Positions 18,112-28,349 of a stretch of DNA of 33,989 bases are shown here, one piece after another. This DNA comes from Candidatus Iainarchaeum sp. Lineage in GTDB: Archaea > Iainarchaeota > Iainarchaeia > JAGGVJ01. The translations under genes and the position numbers were made by a program. Every line of letters begins with the position of its first letter. The first letter of the stretch is position 1. The notes below the pieces were generated by a model. That model had not been told where the DNA came from and ran no database searches. It worked only from the letters and a program-made list of their open reading frames with translations. Where the stretch lies: NCBI GenBank assembly GCA_021158055.1, contig JAGGVJ010000010.1:1-33989 (forward strand). Direction: 5' to 3'.

Positions 18112-18798
18112 TTAAATGTAATTCAGTGCGCTCAGGAACAGCCTCGGGGTTTCTCCTGCATCATATGAAAAATACACTACTTTTCCAAGCCCGTTTTCCC
18201 CTTCAATAACTGCGTTGTATCCTCTTGCGGTGTCAACGGTGTTTCTTTCAATCAATGCAATTTCTTTTCCCTTTGAAATCACTTCAAATAAAATGTACTT
18301 CTTTGCGCTGCGCTCAAATCCGGCAAGCATCGGGTGGTTCAATTCCATCGCTTTTATTTTTCCTTCAACTTCCACCTTCTTCGAGTTTTTTCCGCTTAAA
18401 GGTTCCACAAAACGCGCCGGCACATAACCCATGCAATATGCCCAGCCGACTGTCAAGTTGGCGTCCCTTGTTGCCGCGTCCCCCACAACTATAAGCCCTG
18501 CCCCTTCCTGCACACGTTCTCCGATTTTATCCCTGAACCTGCGCGGCAGGTTCGGGTCTCCCTGCAGGACTATTCTTCCTGCAGCGCCGATGTCTGCAAT
18601 GTCAAGTTCACTGACTGACTTTACAGTGCAATTGAAATCATTTAAAAAATCAGTGGAATTGAAAAGTTCTTCGACCCCCTCGCTTGGCATCCCTATCAAA
18701 AGAACACCTGTGCCCTTGTCTATGGGTTCGGCTGCTTCTTCAACGCATCCGAAAAGCAGCAAACTCAAAAACAATACAAAAACTAGACCAGGTTTCAG
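18112..18798 (-). CDS. Putative lipoprotein, class I glutamine amidotransferase-like fold possible; probable CTG start
   Basis: Extending the frame gives (M)KPGLVFVLFLSLLLFGC, a complete signal peptide with lipobox; GAGLIVVG and GKVVYFSY segments; ORF track starts at TTG 18774. Confidence 0.6.
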   Translation of the reverse strand: MKPGLVFVLFLSLLLFGCVEEAAEPIDKGTGVLLIGMPSEGVEELFNSTDFLNDFNCTVKSVSELDIADIGAAGRIVLQGDPNLPRRFRDKIGERVQEGAGLIVVGDAATRDANLTVGWAYCMGYVPARFVEPLSGKNSKKVEVEGKIKAMELNHPMLAGFERSAKKYILFEVISKGKEIALIERNTVDTARGYNAVIEGENGLGKVVYFSYDAGETPRLFLSALNYI

Positions 18799-18799
18799 G

Positions 18800-18988
18800 T
18801 TATTCCCCCTTGCCCTGTCCTTTTGCAGTCCACTTTACCTTGTGCGGCCTTCGCTTTAGTTTAAACATGTTCTTTTCACATTTCATCGAGCAGATATTAA
18901 CAAAAGAGCCGTCTTTTTTGACAATTATTTTTCCCTTGCCTTTCTCGATTTCTTTTCCGCAGAACGTACACTCAACCAATTTTTTCAC
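18800..18988 (-). CDS. rpl24e: 50S ribosomal protein L24e
   Basis: [26 protein letters not shown]. Confidence 0.95.
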   Translation of the reverse strand: MKKLVECTFCGKEIEKGKGKIIVKKDGSFVNICSMKCEKNMFKLKRRPHKVKWTAKGQGKGE

Positions 18989-19194
18989 CTTGCCCTGATT
19001 TCTTTTGCTTCCCGTTCTGTTTCCATCAGGATTACCTTGTCACCCACTTTAATCGGACCCTTGATATTTCTTCGAATAATCTGGCCCCTGTCGCGGCCTT
19101 CAAGAATCTTACACATTACCTGAATGACTTCTCCGTAAATGCCGGTTCGCCCTATTACCTTGACGACTTCAGCCAAATAGCCTTCATCTGACAT
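18985..19194 (-). CDS. rps28e: 30S ribosomal protein S28e
   Basis: IGRTG..GE..QV, RNIKGP..GD, ETEREA. Confidence 0.96.
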   Translation of the reverse strand: MSDEGYLAEVVKVIGRTGIYGEVIQVMCKILEGRDRGQIIRRNIKGPIKVGDKVILMETEREAKEIRAR

Positions 19195-19201
19195 TTACAA
19201 A

Positions 19202-19570
19202 TCACCCTTTGAGTTCAGCTAATTTTTTAACAAGTCCCTTGAGCTGTTCCGGAGAACCGCCTTCTGCAACAACCGCAATGCTTGCTGCCGGAACACCCAT
19301 TCCTGCTGCTACGCCAAGTTCTTTTTTTGACGGGACATAAATGAACGGGATGTCTTTTTCCTCGCACAGGATCGGCAGGTGCATCACCACTTCTTCAGGC
19401 TCGACATCTGAAGCGATTGCAACAAGCTTTGCTTCAGCGCGCTCTATTGCCTTTGTGGCTTCATTTGTTCCTTTCCTGATCTTTCCGTTGTCTCTTGCAG
19501 ATTCAATAATCTGGTACGCGGAATCAGCAACTTCTTTCGGTACTTCGAATTTAACATATGATTTTGCCAT
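19202..19570 (-). CDS. rpl7ae: 50S ribosomal protein L7Ae
   Basis: [38 protein letters not shown]; GGAGG SD. Confidence 0.97.
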   Translation of the reverse strand: MAKSYVKFEVPKEVADSAYQIIESARDNGKIRKGTNEATKAIERAEAKLVAIASDVEPEEVVMHLPILCEEKDIPFIYVPSKKELGVAAGMGVPAASIAVVAEGGSPEQLKGLVKKLAELKG

Positions 19571-19619
19571 TTAGTCAACCTCCAACAATATCATCAGCAA
19601 AACTAGCAATATACAGCAG

Positions 19620-19627
19620 TTTAAAAA
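19620..19627 (-). promoter_or_regulatory. Candidate TATA box for the L7Ae operon
   Basis: TTTTTAAA on the minus strand about 50 nt upstream of the L7Ae start. Confidence 0.4.
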
Positions 19628-19963
19628 CCAGCATGTTTGCGTATTCATGCATAAATTATACTTTTTATATATTTACATTTCATGTCTTATATAAATCATG
19701 CACCAATTACACGCAAACTTCACATCTGCACATCATGCGTCATTTGCAAAAATTTAATAGATTTTGATTGCATCATCAAACTTTTTACTTCATTTATCAA
19801 ACTTCTTTATTTTATATTGCAATCATACATGAATGTAATCAAAATTATATAAATAACCCTACTATCACTCCACTGCCACTCACCCCACCACCCACTCCAC
19901 TACCACTTGCTCAACATCAAAACATTTTTATCAATGCAAAAACCACTTCTTTAAGGTGCAATC

Positions 19964-20737
19964 TTGAAAACTGCTTTTTCCATATTGATTATCTGCGTTT
20001 TTCTCGCCGGACTGGCAATCGTTGTCCTGAACAACCCGAAACTTGGCGGTTCAACCGGTCAGTTAAGTGAAAACCAGCCCGACTCAAATCATGAAACAGA
20101 AAACAACCCTGTCAAACAAGATACACTTGCCGGCTCTGGCGGCAATCCAACCAGGATAAATCAAACAGATGAACCATCTGAAAAAGAATCCGCGGAAAAC
20201 ACTGTTTCCGAAACAAAAGCAACAGAAAACACAGGAACAGACCTGCCAGAACAACCCGACTCAAAAGATTATACAAACGACAAGTACGGGTTTTCACTGG
20301 ATCTTGCCGACGGGTGGGAAGAATTTGAACTGCCTGAAAACGCTCAAAGCGAAATAATAGTTGCGTCGTTTAGATTGCTGCTGTGGGAAAAAGAAATCCC
20401 CACCAGCTTAAATGTTGCTGTTCAGCCTACTGAACTTCCGCCTGATTTTGAATCGCTGGAAATCAAAGATGTTTCTCCTTTAATAGAGGTGCAGATTTCA
20501 GAACTGGTTCCGGAATATCAAAAAGAAACCTCAAAAAGCATAACTTTGAACGGAAAAGACGCTTTTGAACTGACTTATTCTTTCTACAACACCGCGATGA
20601 AAACCCGCATAAAGCAAAAGTTGATTACTGTAATTTCAGGCGACTTTTTTATCTCGTTCAGTTTTACCTCAAGCGAAGCCGACTTTGAGTCAAACAAAAG
20701 CGACTTTGAATTCATTGCCAGTTCAATAACAATGTAA
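19964..20737 (+). CDS. Membrane-anchored protein with PsbP/DcrB-like C-terminal domain
   Basis: N-terminal TM, low-complexity linker, Y.NDKYGFSL.L..GW and ITLNGKDAFELTY segments typical of the PsbP-like fold. Confidence 0.6.
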   Translation: MKTAFSILIICVFLAGLAIVVLNNPKLGGSTGQLSENQPDSNHETENNPVKQDTLAGSGGNPTRINQTDEPSEKESAENTVSETKATENTGTDLPEQPDSKDYTNDKYGFSLDLADGWEEFELPENAQSEIIVASFRLLLWEKEIPTSLNVAVQPTELPPDFESLEIKDVSPLIEVQISELVPEYQKETSKSITLNGKDAFELTYSFYNTAMKTRIKQKLITVISGDFFISFSFTSSEADFESNKSDFEFIASSITM

Positions 20738-20869
20738 AAACCGTGCTGCACAAAACGCCATGAAAACACAAATCACCGCGAAAACACAAACCGCCAGGCA
20801 ACAATCAAAAAAGCACCGCGTCACCAAAACACTTTTAAACAATATTTCTCTTTCTTGTTTCTGATTCAC

Positions 20870-22117
20870 ATGCTCAGCGATGAAAACACGTCCGCGATAA
20901 TTGCCATGCTTAAAAGACTGCGCGAAGCCGGAAAAACAGAAACTGAAATAAAGGAAATCTTAAAACACGCAGGTTTCATTGAAAGCGAAATAGAAAGCAT
21001 AATAAACTTAAACTCGATAATCGAGCCCCAAAGCACCGAACCAAAGCAGGAAACCCAAACAATTCCGCTGACTGAACCACAAACCCCACAGCCCGTGCTT
21101 GAAAAAACAAGCACTGTAAACGGATTTTCTGACAGCCGAACCGGCAGTGAATTTGACCAAAGCAACTCAAGCGAACCGGTCAACACTGCAGAAGAAAAAG
21201 ATAATCCCCCTGAACAAACCAACGATTCTCCGGAACAAAACAACAATCCCCCTGAACAAAAAAAAGAAGATAAACCACCCTTGGAAAACAAAATTTCTGA
21301 ACCGCAAGGCATGGCATTTTCCCCGCCTCCGCTTGACAAAAAAGTGTTTGGAAACGAATCAGAAAAAGACATTCCAAAAGACAACTTCTTGAAAGATATT
21401 CACCGGGAACAAAGGAAAAACGAAAACCCAACCCCAGGATTCATCCTGGATTCTTCTTCAACACACACCGAACCCGGCGCAGAAAGCCAGCCAGGCAAAT
21501 ATACCGTGGAAAAAACGGAAAAACCAAACACGCTTGAAAAATCACCAAACCCTGTTCTCCAGCAAAACACAAATTCAAAAGCACCAGAAGACCCCTTTGA
21601 CAGCTACAAAAAACGGGAAATGGCATTCAAAGATAAAAACAAATCACTCAACAAAAATAATTTTGTGAAAATCGGCTTAATTGCGGTTGTTGCAGTAGTT
21701 ATTCTCGGTGCAATTGCAATAAGCGGTCTTTTGACCGCGGGCGCAGACACCGAAAACCCTGCCCTTGCAAAAAACGCTGAAACCACAGAAGACAGCCAAG
21801 CAAAACTAACACTTGAAATCGAGTCAAACATCTCACTCGCTGATTTTTTCAATGACTACAAACCAAAAATGGCTGTCCGAAACAACAGCGAAAACATTAT
21901 TGAAAGCGACATCTACTCACTCTACATTGACGAAAACCACTGCTCTGACACGCTGTCAACAGTAAAGGAAATCAAAAAAGACGAAAACCTCACTCTTTAC
22001 TTCAACAACATTTCGCAAGCATGCCAGTTTGCAGACAATCCCGACTTTGACATGAGCGCAAACCACGAAATAAAAATAACCAGTCCAAACGGCGTGGAAA
22101 TAATCCAGAGCATCTGA
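20870..22117 (+). CDS. Hypothetical single-pass membrane protein with long disordered cytoplasmic region
   Basis: Small helical N-terminal domain (GKTETEIKEILKHAGF), P/E/N-rich linker, one TM, beta-rich C-terminus; TTTTAAAC about 30 nt upstream suggests a leaderless ATG at 20870. Confidence 0.7.
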   Translation: MLSDENTSAIIAMLKRLREAGKTETEIKEILKHAGFIESEIESIINLNSIIEPQSTEPKQETQTIPLTEPQTPQPVLEKTSTVNGFSDSRTGSEFDQSNSSEPVNTAEEKDNPPEQTNDSPEQNNNPPEQKKEDKPPLENKISEPQGMAFSPPPLDKKVFGNESEKDIPKDNFLKDIHREQRKNENPTPGFILDSSSTHTEPGAESQPGKYTVEKTEKPNTLEKSPNPVLQQNTNSKAPEDPFDSYKKREMAFKDKNKSLNKNNFVKIGLIAVVAVVILGAIAISGLLTAGADTENPALAKNAETTEDSQAKLTLEIESNISLADFFNDYKPKMAVRNNSENIIESDIYSLYIDENHCSDTLSTVKEIKKDENLTLYFNNISQACQFADNPDFDMSANHEIKITSPNGVEIIQSI

Positions 22118-22253
22118 TGCACGCCAATTCCTGGAAACAAAAAACTGTTATTTGTCATTCTTACACGCAAAACAGCAAAAACAACAGCATAACCCACAAA
22201 TACGTCATCTGACTAACTAAAGATATATAAATGACGTAATACATCGTTTTTTT

Positions 22254-23294
22254 ATGGCACACTCCATACAAAACAACACACCAGTAACAGCAAGCAATTC
22301 AAAACCCTTAGACATCCTTATAATCGGAGCAGGGCCTGCCGGCATTTCGTGCGCATCAAGGGCAAAAGAACTGAACCTAACTGCGACTGTAGTAGACGCA
22401 AACACCATTCTGCACACAATCAAACAATACCCCAAACACAAAATTTTGTTTGGTGTTCCCGGTTACTATGGAAAAACATGGGAAAAATTTGTTGCCGGAA
22501 TGGAAAAAAACGTTTTGGACTTCGGGCTGAAAGTGTTTGAAAACACAGACATAAAATCAATTAAAAAAAACAGCGAATTATTTGTTTCAACAACAAGGAA
22601 CGGTAAAAAGTTTCATTCAAAAAAAGTTGTGGTTGCAACCGGCATAAACGACAACCCGAAAAAGCTGGCGGTTCCCATTAAAGACGACAAGCTTGTAAAA
22701 TACCAGCTAAAAGACGCGTCCAAATACAAAAACAAAAAAATAACTATTATCGGCGGAGGCGACTGCGCAATTGAAGCCGCGCTGCAGCTCGACGAATGCA
22801 ATGCACAAGTAACGCTTTGCCATCGAAAATTAAAATTCACCGGAAACGCAAACCCCTCAAACATTCAAAAACTTCTTGACTCAGACATAAAAATTATTTT
22901 CAACTGCAACACTACCCAGATAACTAAAAAATGTGTTCACCTTGCAGACAAAAAAACCGGTAAAACAACAAAGTTACCTGCCGAGCGCGTATTTGTATTC
23001 ATCGGAAAAAGGGCAAACTCTGATTTTTTAAACTCCATCGGGCTTGAACTGCAGGAAAACAGCAAACCTAAATGCAACGAAAAACTTGAATCAAACGTCC
23101 CGGGAATTTACGTAGCAGGCGACCTGACCAACGAGCCGCTGATTCTGCCTGCCGTTTACCAGGGGTTCAAAATCGCCGGCACAATAAAAAAAGAAATCAA
23201 CAAAGAAGCCATGCAAGAATCACAAGACACAGTTTCATCCCCTTCCAAAATAAACGCAGTTTCAAAAAATGCAAGTGCGGCTACGGGGATTTGA
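22254..23294 (+). CDS. Thioredoxin-reductase-like NAD(P)/FAD oxidoreductase lacking CxxC
   Basis: IIGAGPAG, VVATG, IIGGGDCA, SNVPGIYVAGD motifs. Confidence 0.85.
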   Translation: MAHSIQNNTPVTASNSKPLDILIIGAGPAGISCASRAKELNLTATVVDANTILHTIKQYPKHKILFGVPGYYGKTWEKFVAGMEKNVLDFGLKVFENTDIKSIKKNSELFVSTTRNGKKFHSKKVVVATGINDNPKKLAVPIKDDKLVKYQLKDASKYKNKKITIIGGGDCAIEAALQLDECNAQVTLCHRKLKFTGNANPSNIQKLLDSDIKIIFNCNTTQITKKCVHLADKKTGKTTKLPAERVFVFIGKRANSDFLNSIGLELQENSKPKCNEKLESNVPGIYVAGDLTNEPLILPAVYQGFKIAGTIKKEINKEAMQESQDTVSSPSKINAVSKNASAATGI

Positions 23295-23346
23295 ACCCCG
23301 GCAACAAGCTTGGGAAGCTTGCGTCATGCCACTAGACCATAGCCGC
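23276..23346 (-). tRNA. tRNA-Gly(CCC), no intron, CCA not encoded
   Basis: GCGGCTA-TG-GTCTAGTGGCATGAC-G-CAAGC-TTCCCAA-GCTTG-TTGC-CGGGG-TTCAAAT-CCCCG-TAGCCGC-A folds as a full cloverleaf. Confidence 0.96.
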
Positions 23347-23383
23347 TTCAAAACAAGAGGTAAGCCAACAGACTATTACTTCA

Positions 23384-25105
23384 TCACTTATGCGTGCAGA
23401 TTAATTTAAGTTTTTCACCTGGTTGTTCAACGCGCGCAAAAAACAACCGCTCGAGCTGGATAATCTGACCCTGTCTGATATTTTTTGCTTCTGCCTCGGT
23501 TTTCCCGAGAAGAAGTGTTGAATCAGGAAGCAGTATTTCACAAGGCATTGACCGGCCCTGCAAAACCCACTGGATCTTTTTTGTTTTTGGCTGAAGTTCA
23601 AAATCAACAAACTCCGCTTCAACTTCAAAACCATCTTGAGTTGAAACAGAAACAACCCTGAAATTAAACGCATCCTTGAGCCGGATCACCTGCCCGGCCT
23701 CAAACAAGTCAGCATCGGTTTTTGAAACAAAAAACTCTGCGTTTCCTTGTTCAAGACTGTAAGTTCTTTTACCCCTTTCAGGAAAATCAGGGTGTACTTT
23801 AAGCGAAAGTTCACACTTGGGCGTGTTTTTCACAACCAGCTTCACCGGGTCGGCTGCAAAAAAGAACCTGTCCGCATCTTTTTCAATGAACCCCTTGTTG
23901 ACTGCTTCAAGTGTCTCAAGCGACGCTGAAATGTCTTTCTCGCTCAAACCGATTTGCGTCCAAAACTCAATTATTGCCTGCGGCTGAAAACCCCTTCTTC
24001 TCAAAGCGCAAAGCGTTGGCAGGCGCGGGTCATCCCACCCGGAAAACTCACCTTCTTTTATCCCTGCTGAAATACCGCTCGTGCTCAACTTACCAAACCC
24101 GTGAACCGCTACCCGCCCCCAGTATTTAACACTTGGATATGTCCAGCCAAAATAATCATAAACAAACTGCTGTTTAAAAGTACTGTCGCGCAAATCCTTT
24201 CCCCTTATTATGTGCGTGACACCGCGGACATGGTCCTCTATTGCACTCTCAAAATCAAGAAGCGGCCACACAACGTATTTTGAACCCGCAAGGGGGTGGT
24301 CTTCCCGGATTATGCGAAAGGCAATCCAGTCACGAAGCGCCGGGTTCCTGTGATCAACCCGCGTTTTAACCTTCAACACTGCCTGCCCTTCTTCAAACCC
24401 GCCTTCAATCATTTTTTCAAACAATGCCTTGTTTTCTCCAACTGACTGGTTCCTGTGCGGGCAAGGTTTTCCTGCGCTTCGAAACCCCCTGTTTTCCTCA
24501 ACTCCGCACTTGCACACGTATGCGCCGTTAAGTTCAATGAGTTTTTTTGCGTGCTCATAGTAATTTTCAATATTTCCTGACGCAATGACTACCTCGTCTG
24601 CCTTGAACCCGAGCCATTCAAGGTCTTCAAGATACCACTTGTAGGCTTCAACCATTGGCCGTTTTGTCCTCGGGTCAGTGTCATCAAACCTGACAATCAG
24701 TTTTCCACCATACTCTTTTGCAAGAACCGCATTGGTAACCATTCCGCGGGAGCTTCCAAGAGTAGACGGGCCGTTCGGGTTCGGGGCAAACCTGAAAACC
24801 GGTTTTTGCCCTTCTTTCACGCTTATTCCTGAAAAACCTTTCTTTTCATCTTTCCTTTTTTCATGTTTTTCAGGAAACATGCCCTGAAAGTCGCGTTCAA
24901 ACTCTGCTTTTGCTTCTCCTGCAGGCATTGAGTTGACTTCCACGCAAACCTTCGCTATTTGTTCTGCTGTCTCGCCGGGATTTGAGCGAAGCTTTGGAAA
25001 CTTTCCAAAAACCCTGCCCATTATCGCTTTCGGGTCTGCAGAACCGAAATCAACGGCATTTTTAAGTGCTGCTGCCCTGACAAACTTATTTGCTTCTTCA
25101 TTCAT
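23384..25105 (-). CDS. gltX: Glutamyl-tRNA synthetase (archaeal type)
   Basis: RFAPNPNG, RFDDTDP, VTHIIRGKD, KLSTS, GWDDPRLPT, QLERLFF; start set to ATG 25105. Confidence 0.95.
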   Translation of the reverse strand: MNEEANKFVRAAALKNAVDFGSADPKAIMGRVFGKFPKLRSNPGETAEQIAKVCVEVNSMPAGEAKAEFERDFQGMFPEKHEKRKDEKKGFSGISVKEGQKPVFRFAPNPNGPSTLGSSRGMVTNAVLAKEYGGKLIVRFDDTDPRTKRPMVEAYKWYLEDLEWLGFKADEVVIASGNIENYYEHAKKLIELNGAYVCKCGVEENRGFRSAGKPCPHRNQSVGENKALFEKMIEGGFEEGQAVLKVKTRVDHRNPALRDWIAFRIIREDHPLAGSKYVVWPLLDFESAIEDHVRGVTHIIRGKDLRDSTFKQQFVYDYFGWTYPSVKYWGRVAVHGFGKLSTSGISAGIKEGEFSGWDDPRLPTLCALRRRGFQPQAIIEFWTQIGLSEKDISASLETLEAVNKGFIEKDADRFFFAADPVKLVVKNTPKCELSLKVHPDFPERGKRTYSLEQGNAEFFVSKTDADLFEAGQVIRLKDAFNFRVVSVSTQDGFEVEAEFVDFELQPKTKKIQWVLQGRSMPCEILLPDSTLLLGKTEAEAKNIRQGQIIQLERLFFARVEQPGEKLKLICTHK

Positions 25106-25214
25106 CAAATCACTGTCCCGTAACACTGTTTCCGTAAAATAACACAATCAACATAATTAATCAATGTAATTGTACAGTCACTGGTATGAATGGAGGCAGG
25201 CTAAAAAACCTCAA

Positions 25215-26489
25215 TTAATCCTTGTTTCTAAGGTCCTCCAATATCTCCTTTGCGCGCTCCATTCTCACGTCTTTTTCCTCAACCATCTTCGCGGACACAG
25301 CACCCACCTCGCCCCCTGTGGCTCCCGCAGTTATCGCAATATTCCTTGAGTGAAGGGCCATGTGCCCCCTCTGGATCCCTTCGGTTGAAAGCGCCCGCAA
25401 TGCAGCAAAGTTTTGCGCAAGGCCGACTGAAGCAATCACCTGCGAGAGTTCTGAAGCCGTCTTCACACCCAGTATTTTGACTGCCGCTTTTGCAACCGGA
25501 TGCACTCTTGTAGCGCCACCTACAAGACCGACTGCCATAGGAAGCTCGACTGATGCCTCAAGATCCCCGTTTTCGTTCTTCCAGTATTTTGCAAGGGGCT
25601 TATAACTGCCGTTTGTAGCCGCGTATGAATGCGCCCCTGCTTCAACTGCCCTTGTGTCGTTCCCGGTTGCAAGAACCACTGCCGTTATGCCGTTCATTAT
25701 TCCCTTATTGTGTGTTGAGGCGCGGTATTTGTCGTTTGCCGCCAGTTCATACGATTCTATTATAGCGTCAACTACTTCTTCTCCGCCAAGCGATTCTTTC
25801 AAAAACACTGCCTTTGCCCTGGCAAGGCGCAAATCCGCAAGGTTTGAAATGATTTTCAGCCGCGCGTGACCCCCCGTAATTTCAACTATTGCAGGTGCTA
25901 CTGCTTCTGCCATCGTGTTCACTGCATTTGCGCCCATTGCGTCCCTGCAGTCCACAAGCAGGTGTATGGAAAGCATCCTGCCGACAACTTGCGACTCAAT
26001 CACATGGACTTCAAGGTCTTTTGCCCCTCCACCGTACTTCACAAGCATTGGGTCTTTCTGGTTTGCCATTTCAAGAATTTCGCCTTTTTTGTCAAGAAGC
26101 TTTTGTTTCGCTGATTCCGCATCAGGCGAACCGACAACCTGTATCTGCCCGCGCATGACACAGCCGGTGGTCTCTGCACTGAACCCGCCTGACCCGCGCG
26201 CAAGTTTGGCTGCGTTGCTTGCGGCCGCAATAACTGACGGCTCTTCAGTTGCCATGGGTACAAGGTAATCTTTTCCGTTTACCTTGAAATTAACTGCGAT
26301 CCCAAGCGGAATTTCCATTGAACCGATTACATTTTCAACCATTTTATCAGCCTGTTCCAATCCAAGCGCCCCGTGCGCGCTCAACGCACCACACTCTTCC
26401 TCTGAAAGACCTGTAAGCTCAGCCACTTTCAAAAGCCTTTCAGCAGACGACAACTTGTAAAAACCGGAAATTCCTGAACTACCATCCAT
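25215..26489 (-). CDS. mvaA: Class II hydroxymethylglutaryl-CoA reductase
   Basis: [60 protein letters not shown]; start set to ATG 26489. Confidence 0.94.
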   Translation of the reverse strand: MDGSSGISGFYKLSSAERLLKVAELTGLSEEECGALSAHGALGLEQADKMVENVIGSMEIPLGIAVNFKVNGKDYLVPMATEEPSVIAAASNAAKLARGSGGFSAETTGCVMRGQIQVVGSPDAESAKQKLLDKKGEILEMANQKDPMLVKYGGGAKDLEVHVIESQVVGRMLSIHLLVDCRDAMGANAVNTMAEAVAPAIVEITGGHARLKIISNLADLRLARAKAVFLKESLGGEEVVDAIIESYELAANDKYRASTHNKGIMNGITAVVLATGNDTRAVEAGAHSYAATNGSYKPLAKYWKNENGDLEASVELPMAVGLVGGATRVHPVAKAAVKILGVKTASELSQVIASVGLAQNFAALRALSTEGIQRGHMALHSRNIAITAGATGGEVGAVSAKMVEEKDVRMERAKEILEDLRNKD

Positions 26490-26759
26490 AACAATCAACT
26501 CCAAATTCAAAATGCTAAATCAAAACTACCATAATAACTGTCAAACAAAACAAAATCACTTGACAAACAAAAACATTTCTTTAAAGGAAAATGCGCAAAA
26601 GAACAAAACGACAAAACAACACACAAAATGCAACTGTTGTTTACAAACATTTGTATGTGTGTTGTTTTTTGTTTATTTATTGTTAACTTAAAAACACCGC
26701 CAATTTAAAATACACAACAATAAATATTGTTGTCTTTTGTTTTTGTTTATTTAAAACGC

Positions 26760-27542
26760 TCAACCAATAATTATATCCTGTGCCCTGATTGACTTTTCCT
26801 CTTGTTGCTTGGAATCGTTGCCTGAATCATCAGCTGAATCATCACGATCTTTACCTGAGCCATCAGTTGAATCACCGTGATCCCCATCCGGCCCGCCGCC
26901 TCCTGAACCGCCTTGGTCACTGCCCGAGTGGCCTGATTTGCCGACAAAGCTTTTATTGAGCTTGTATCTTCCTTTTTCAACACGCACAATAAACCCTTCC
27001 CTGGAAAACTTGGGCACGACAAACCTCATCCTTCTTTTCAGCTCCTTAAAGGGGACTTCGCCAAACACATTTTTCTTGTCTATCAGATCTGTCAGCTCGC
27101 GGACATTGAAATCTTTTTCTGAAAAATTTTCTTTCATGAAATCCATGAGTTTTTTTGTGTCAATTATCTTTGACCTGAAAAACTTTTCCTCAAAAGAACT
27201 GTAATCCCGTTCTTTTCCTGCAGAACCAAAAACCTTGCTTTCAAGCTCAAAAACCCTTTTTTCAAGCAGCGCAACAGCATCTGACTGCATGCCTTCAGGC
27301 ACACTGTTTCCACCGGCTGTTTTTGAGGACACGGCAGCGAGTTTTTCCCGAAACCGGTTGTTTTCAAGTTCAAGAGCCTGCTTTTGAGCCGAAAACTCCT
27401 CTTTTTCTTTTTTCAGTGCAGCATTCTCTTCTGCAAGGAATCCTTTTTCTTTCACGACCTTATCATTCAACTCCTTGAGCTTCAGACACACCTGGTAATA
27501 CTGCTTTGCCTTTTCAGTCATTTCATCTGACATTTCACACAC
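26760..27542 (-). CDS. Hypothetical protein: coiled coil, winged-helix-like domain and acidic tail
   Basis: K/E-rich coiled-coil-like N-terminus; FNVRELTD..REGFIVRVEKGRYKL resembles a wHTH wing; GAGGTG SD. Confidence 0.6.
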   Translation of the reverse strand: MCEMSDEMTEKAKQYYQVCLKLKELNDKVVKEKGFLAEENAALKKEKEEFSAQKQALELENNRFREKLAAVSSKTAGGNSVPEGMQSDAVALLEKRVFELESKVFGSAGKERDYSSFEEKFFRSKIIDTKKLMDFMKENFSEKDFNVRELTDLIDKKNVFGEVPFKELKRRMRFVVPKFSREGFIVRVEKGRYKLNKSFVGKSGHSGSDQGGSGGGGPDGDHGDSTDGSGKDRDDSADDSGNDSKQQEEKSIRAQDIIIG

Positions 27543-27785
27543 CTCACTTTCACTTAAAAAAATTCAGGTTCTGCCTGTTTAACTTCTGTCTGCTAATCTT
27601 ACACTTATTTAACTTTTAGAGATAAATAAGTATTTTTGTTTATTTTTATTTAAAGTTTTTGTTTTATATCTGCAGGTTTAAATGTTTAAATGCAGTTAAA
27701 TAGTTTTGGCAATGGTTAAATTGCGTTTCAACTATGGTAATATTATGTTTCAACTGCAGTTAAATAGTGTTATGCGCAATTAAAA

Positions 27786-28217
27786 ATGAGCTATAAATTT
27801 ATAAAGACCCGCTGCCAACTACAAAATATGAACATAAAGTTGCATCATTTTGCATATAACACCACACCAAATAATCTGGAATTAGTTTTAGAACTTCTGG
27901 AAAAATTGGGCTGCACACTTGCTTACAGAAAAGAAAATGCACGATGGTGCATGATAGAGCAAAAGCCGATTCCCATTGACATTCAAATAATTGAAACTAC
28001 AGATCAGCCAATCTCCATTGAGAAAAAAACTAACACCCACATTGCTTTTTTATCAGACACCCCTAAAGAAGACATTGAAGAGATTAAACAATTTCTGAAA
28101 GATAAAAGTGTGAAATTCAGACAAGGCAGCTGGTCTGACAAAGAACTGTGGTTTGATTTACCTGATATATCTGTCAACTTTGCAATTGAGATAATACATA
28201 CTTCAATGGTTGAATAG
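27786..28217 (+). CDS. Glyoxalase/VOC-like hypothetical protein
   Basis: KLHHFAY, THIAFLSD and terminal AIEI segments resembling a VOC fold; AT-rich relative to flanks; alternative start 27828. Confidence 0.65.
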   Translation: MSYKFIKTRCQLQNMNIKLHHFAYNTTPNNLELVLELLEKLGCTLAYRKENARWCMIEQKPIPIDIQIIETTDQPISIEKKTNTHIAFLSDTPKEDIEEIKQFLKDKSVKFRQGSWSDKELWFDLPDISVNFAIEIIHTSMVE

Positions 28218-28224
28218 TTCATTC

Positions 28225-28259
28225 GTGAACTACCCCACCCTTACGGATGGGGCTTCCTG
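28225..28259. mobile_element. Orphan IS200/IS605-family-like terminal hairpin
   Basis: GTGAACTACCCCACCCTTACGGATGGGGCTTCCTG; CCCCA/TGGGG hairpin resembling tnpB/iscB element ends; no transposase nearby. Confidence 0.6.
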
Positions 28260-28349
28260 ATTAAATTACAACTGAATCACAACCGAAAAACACCAAAACA
28301 CACCAATCCGACAATAATGTTAAATAACCGTGCGTGCTTTCCTTTAATT

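Noticed and set aside
19600-19960. Replication origin, or ORF 19768-20070, in the AT-rich divergent spacer
   Set aside because: No ORB-like repeats or cdc6 nearby. The CCACT-rich tract is low complexity and the ORF has no coding character.
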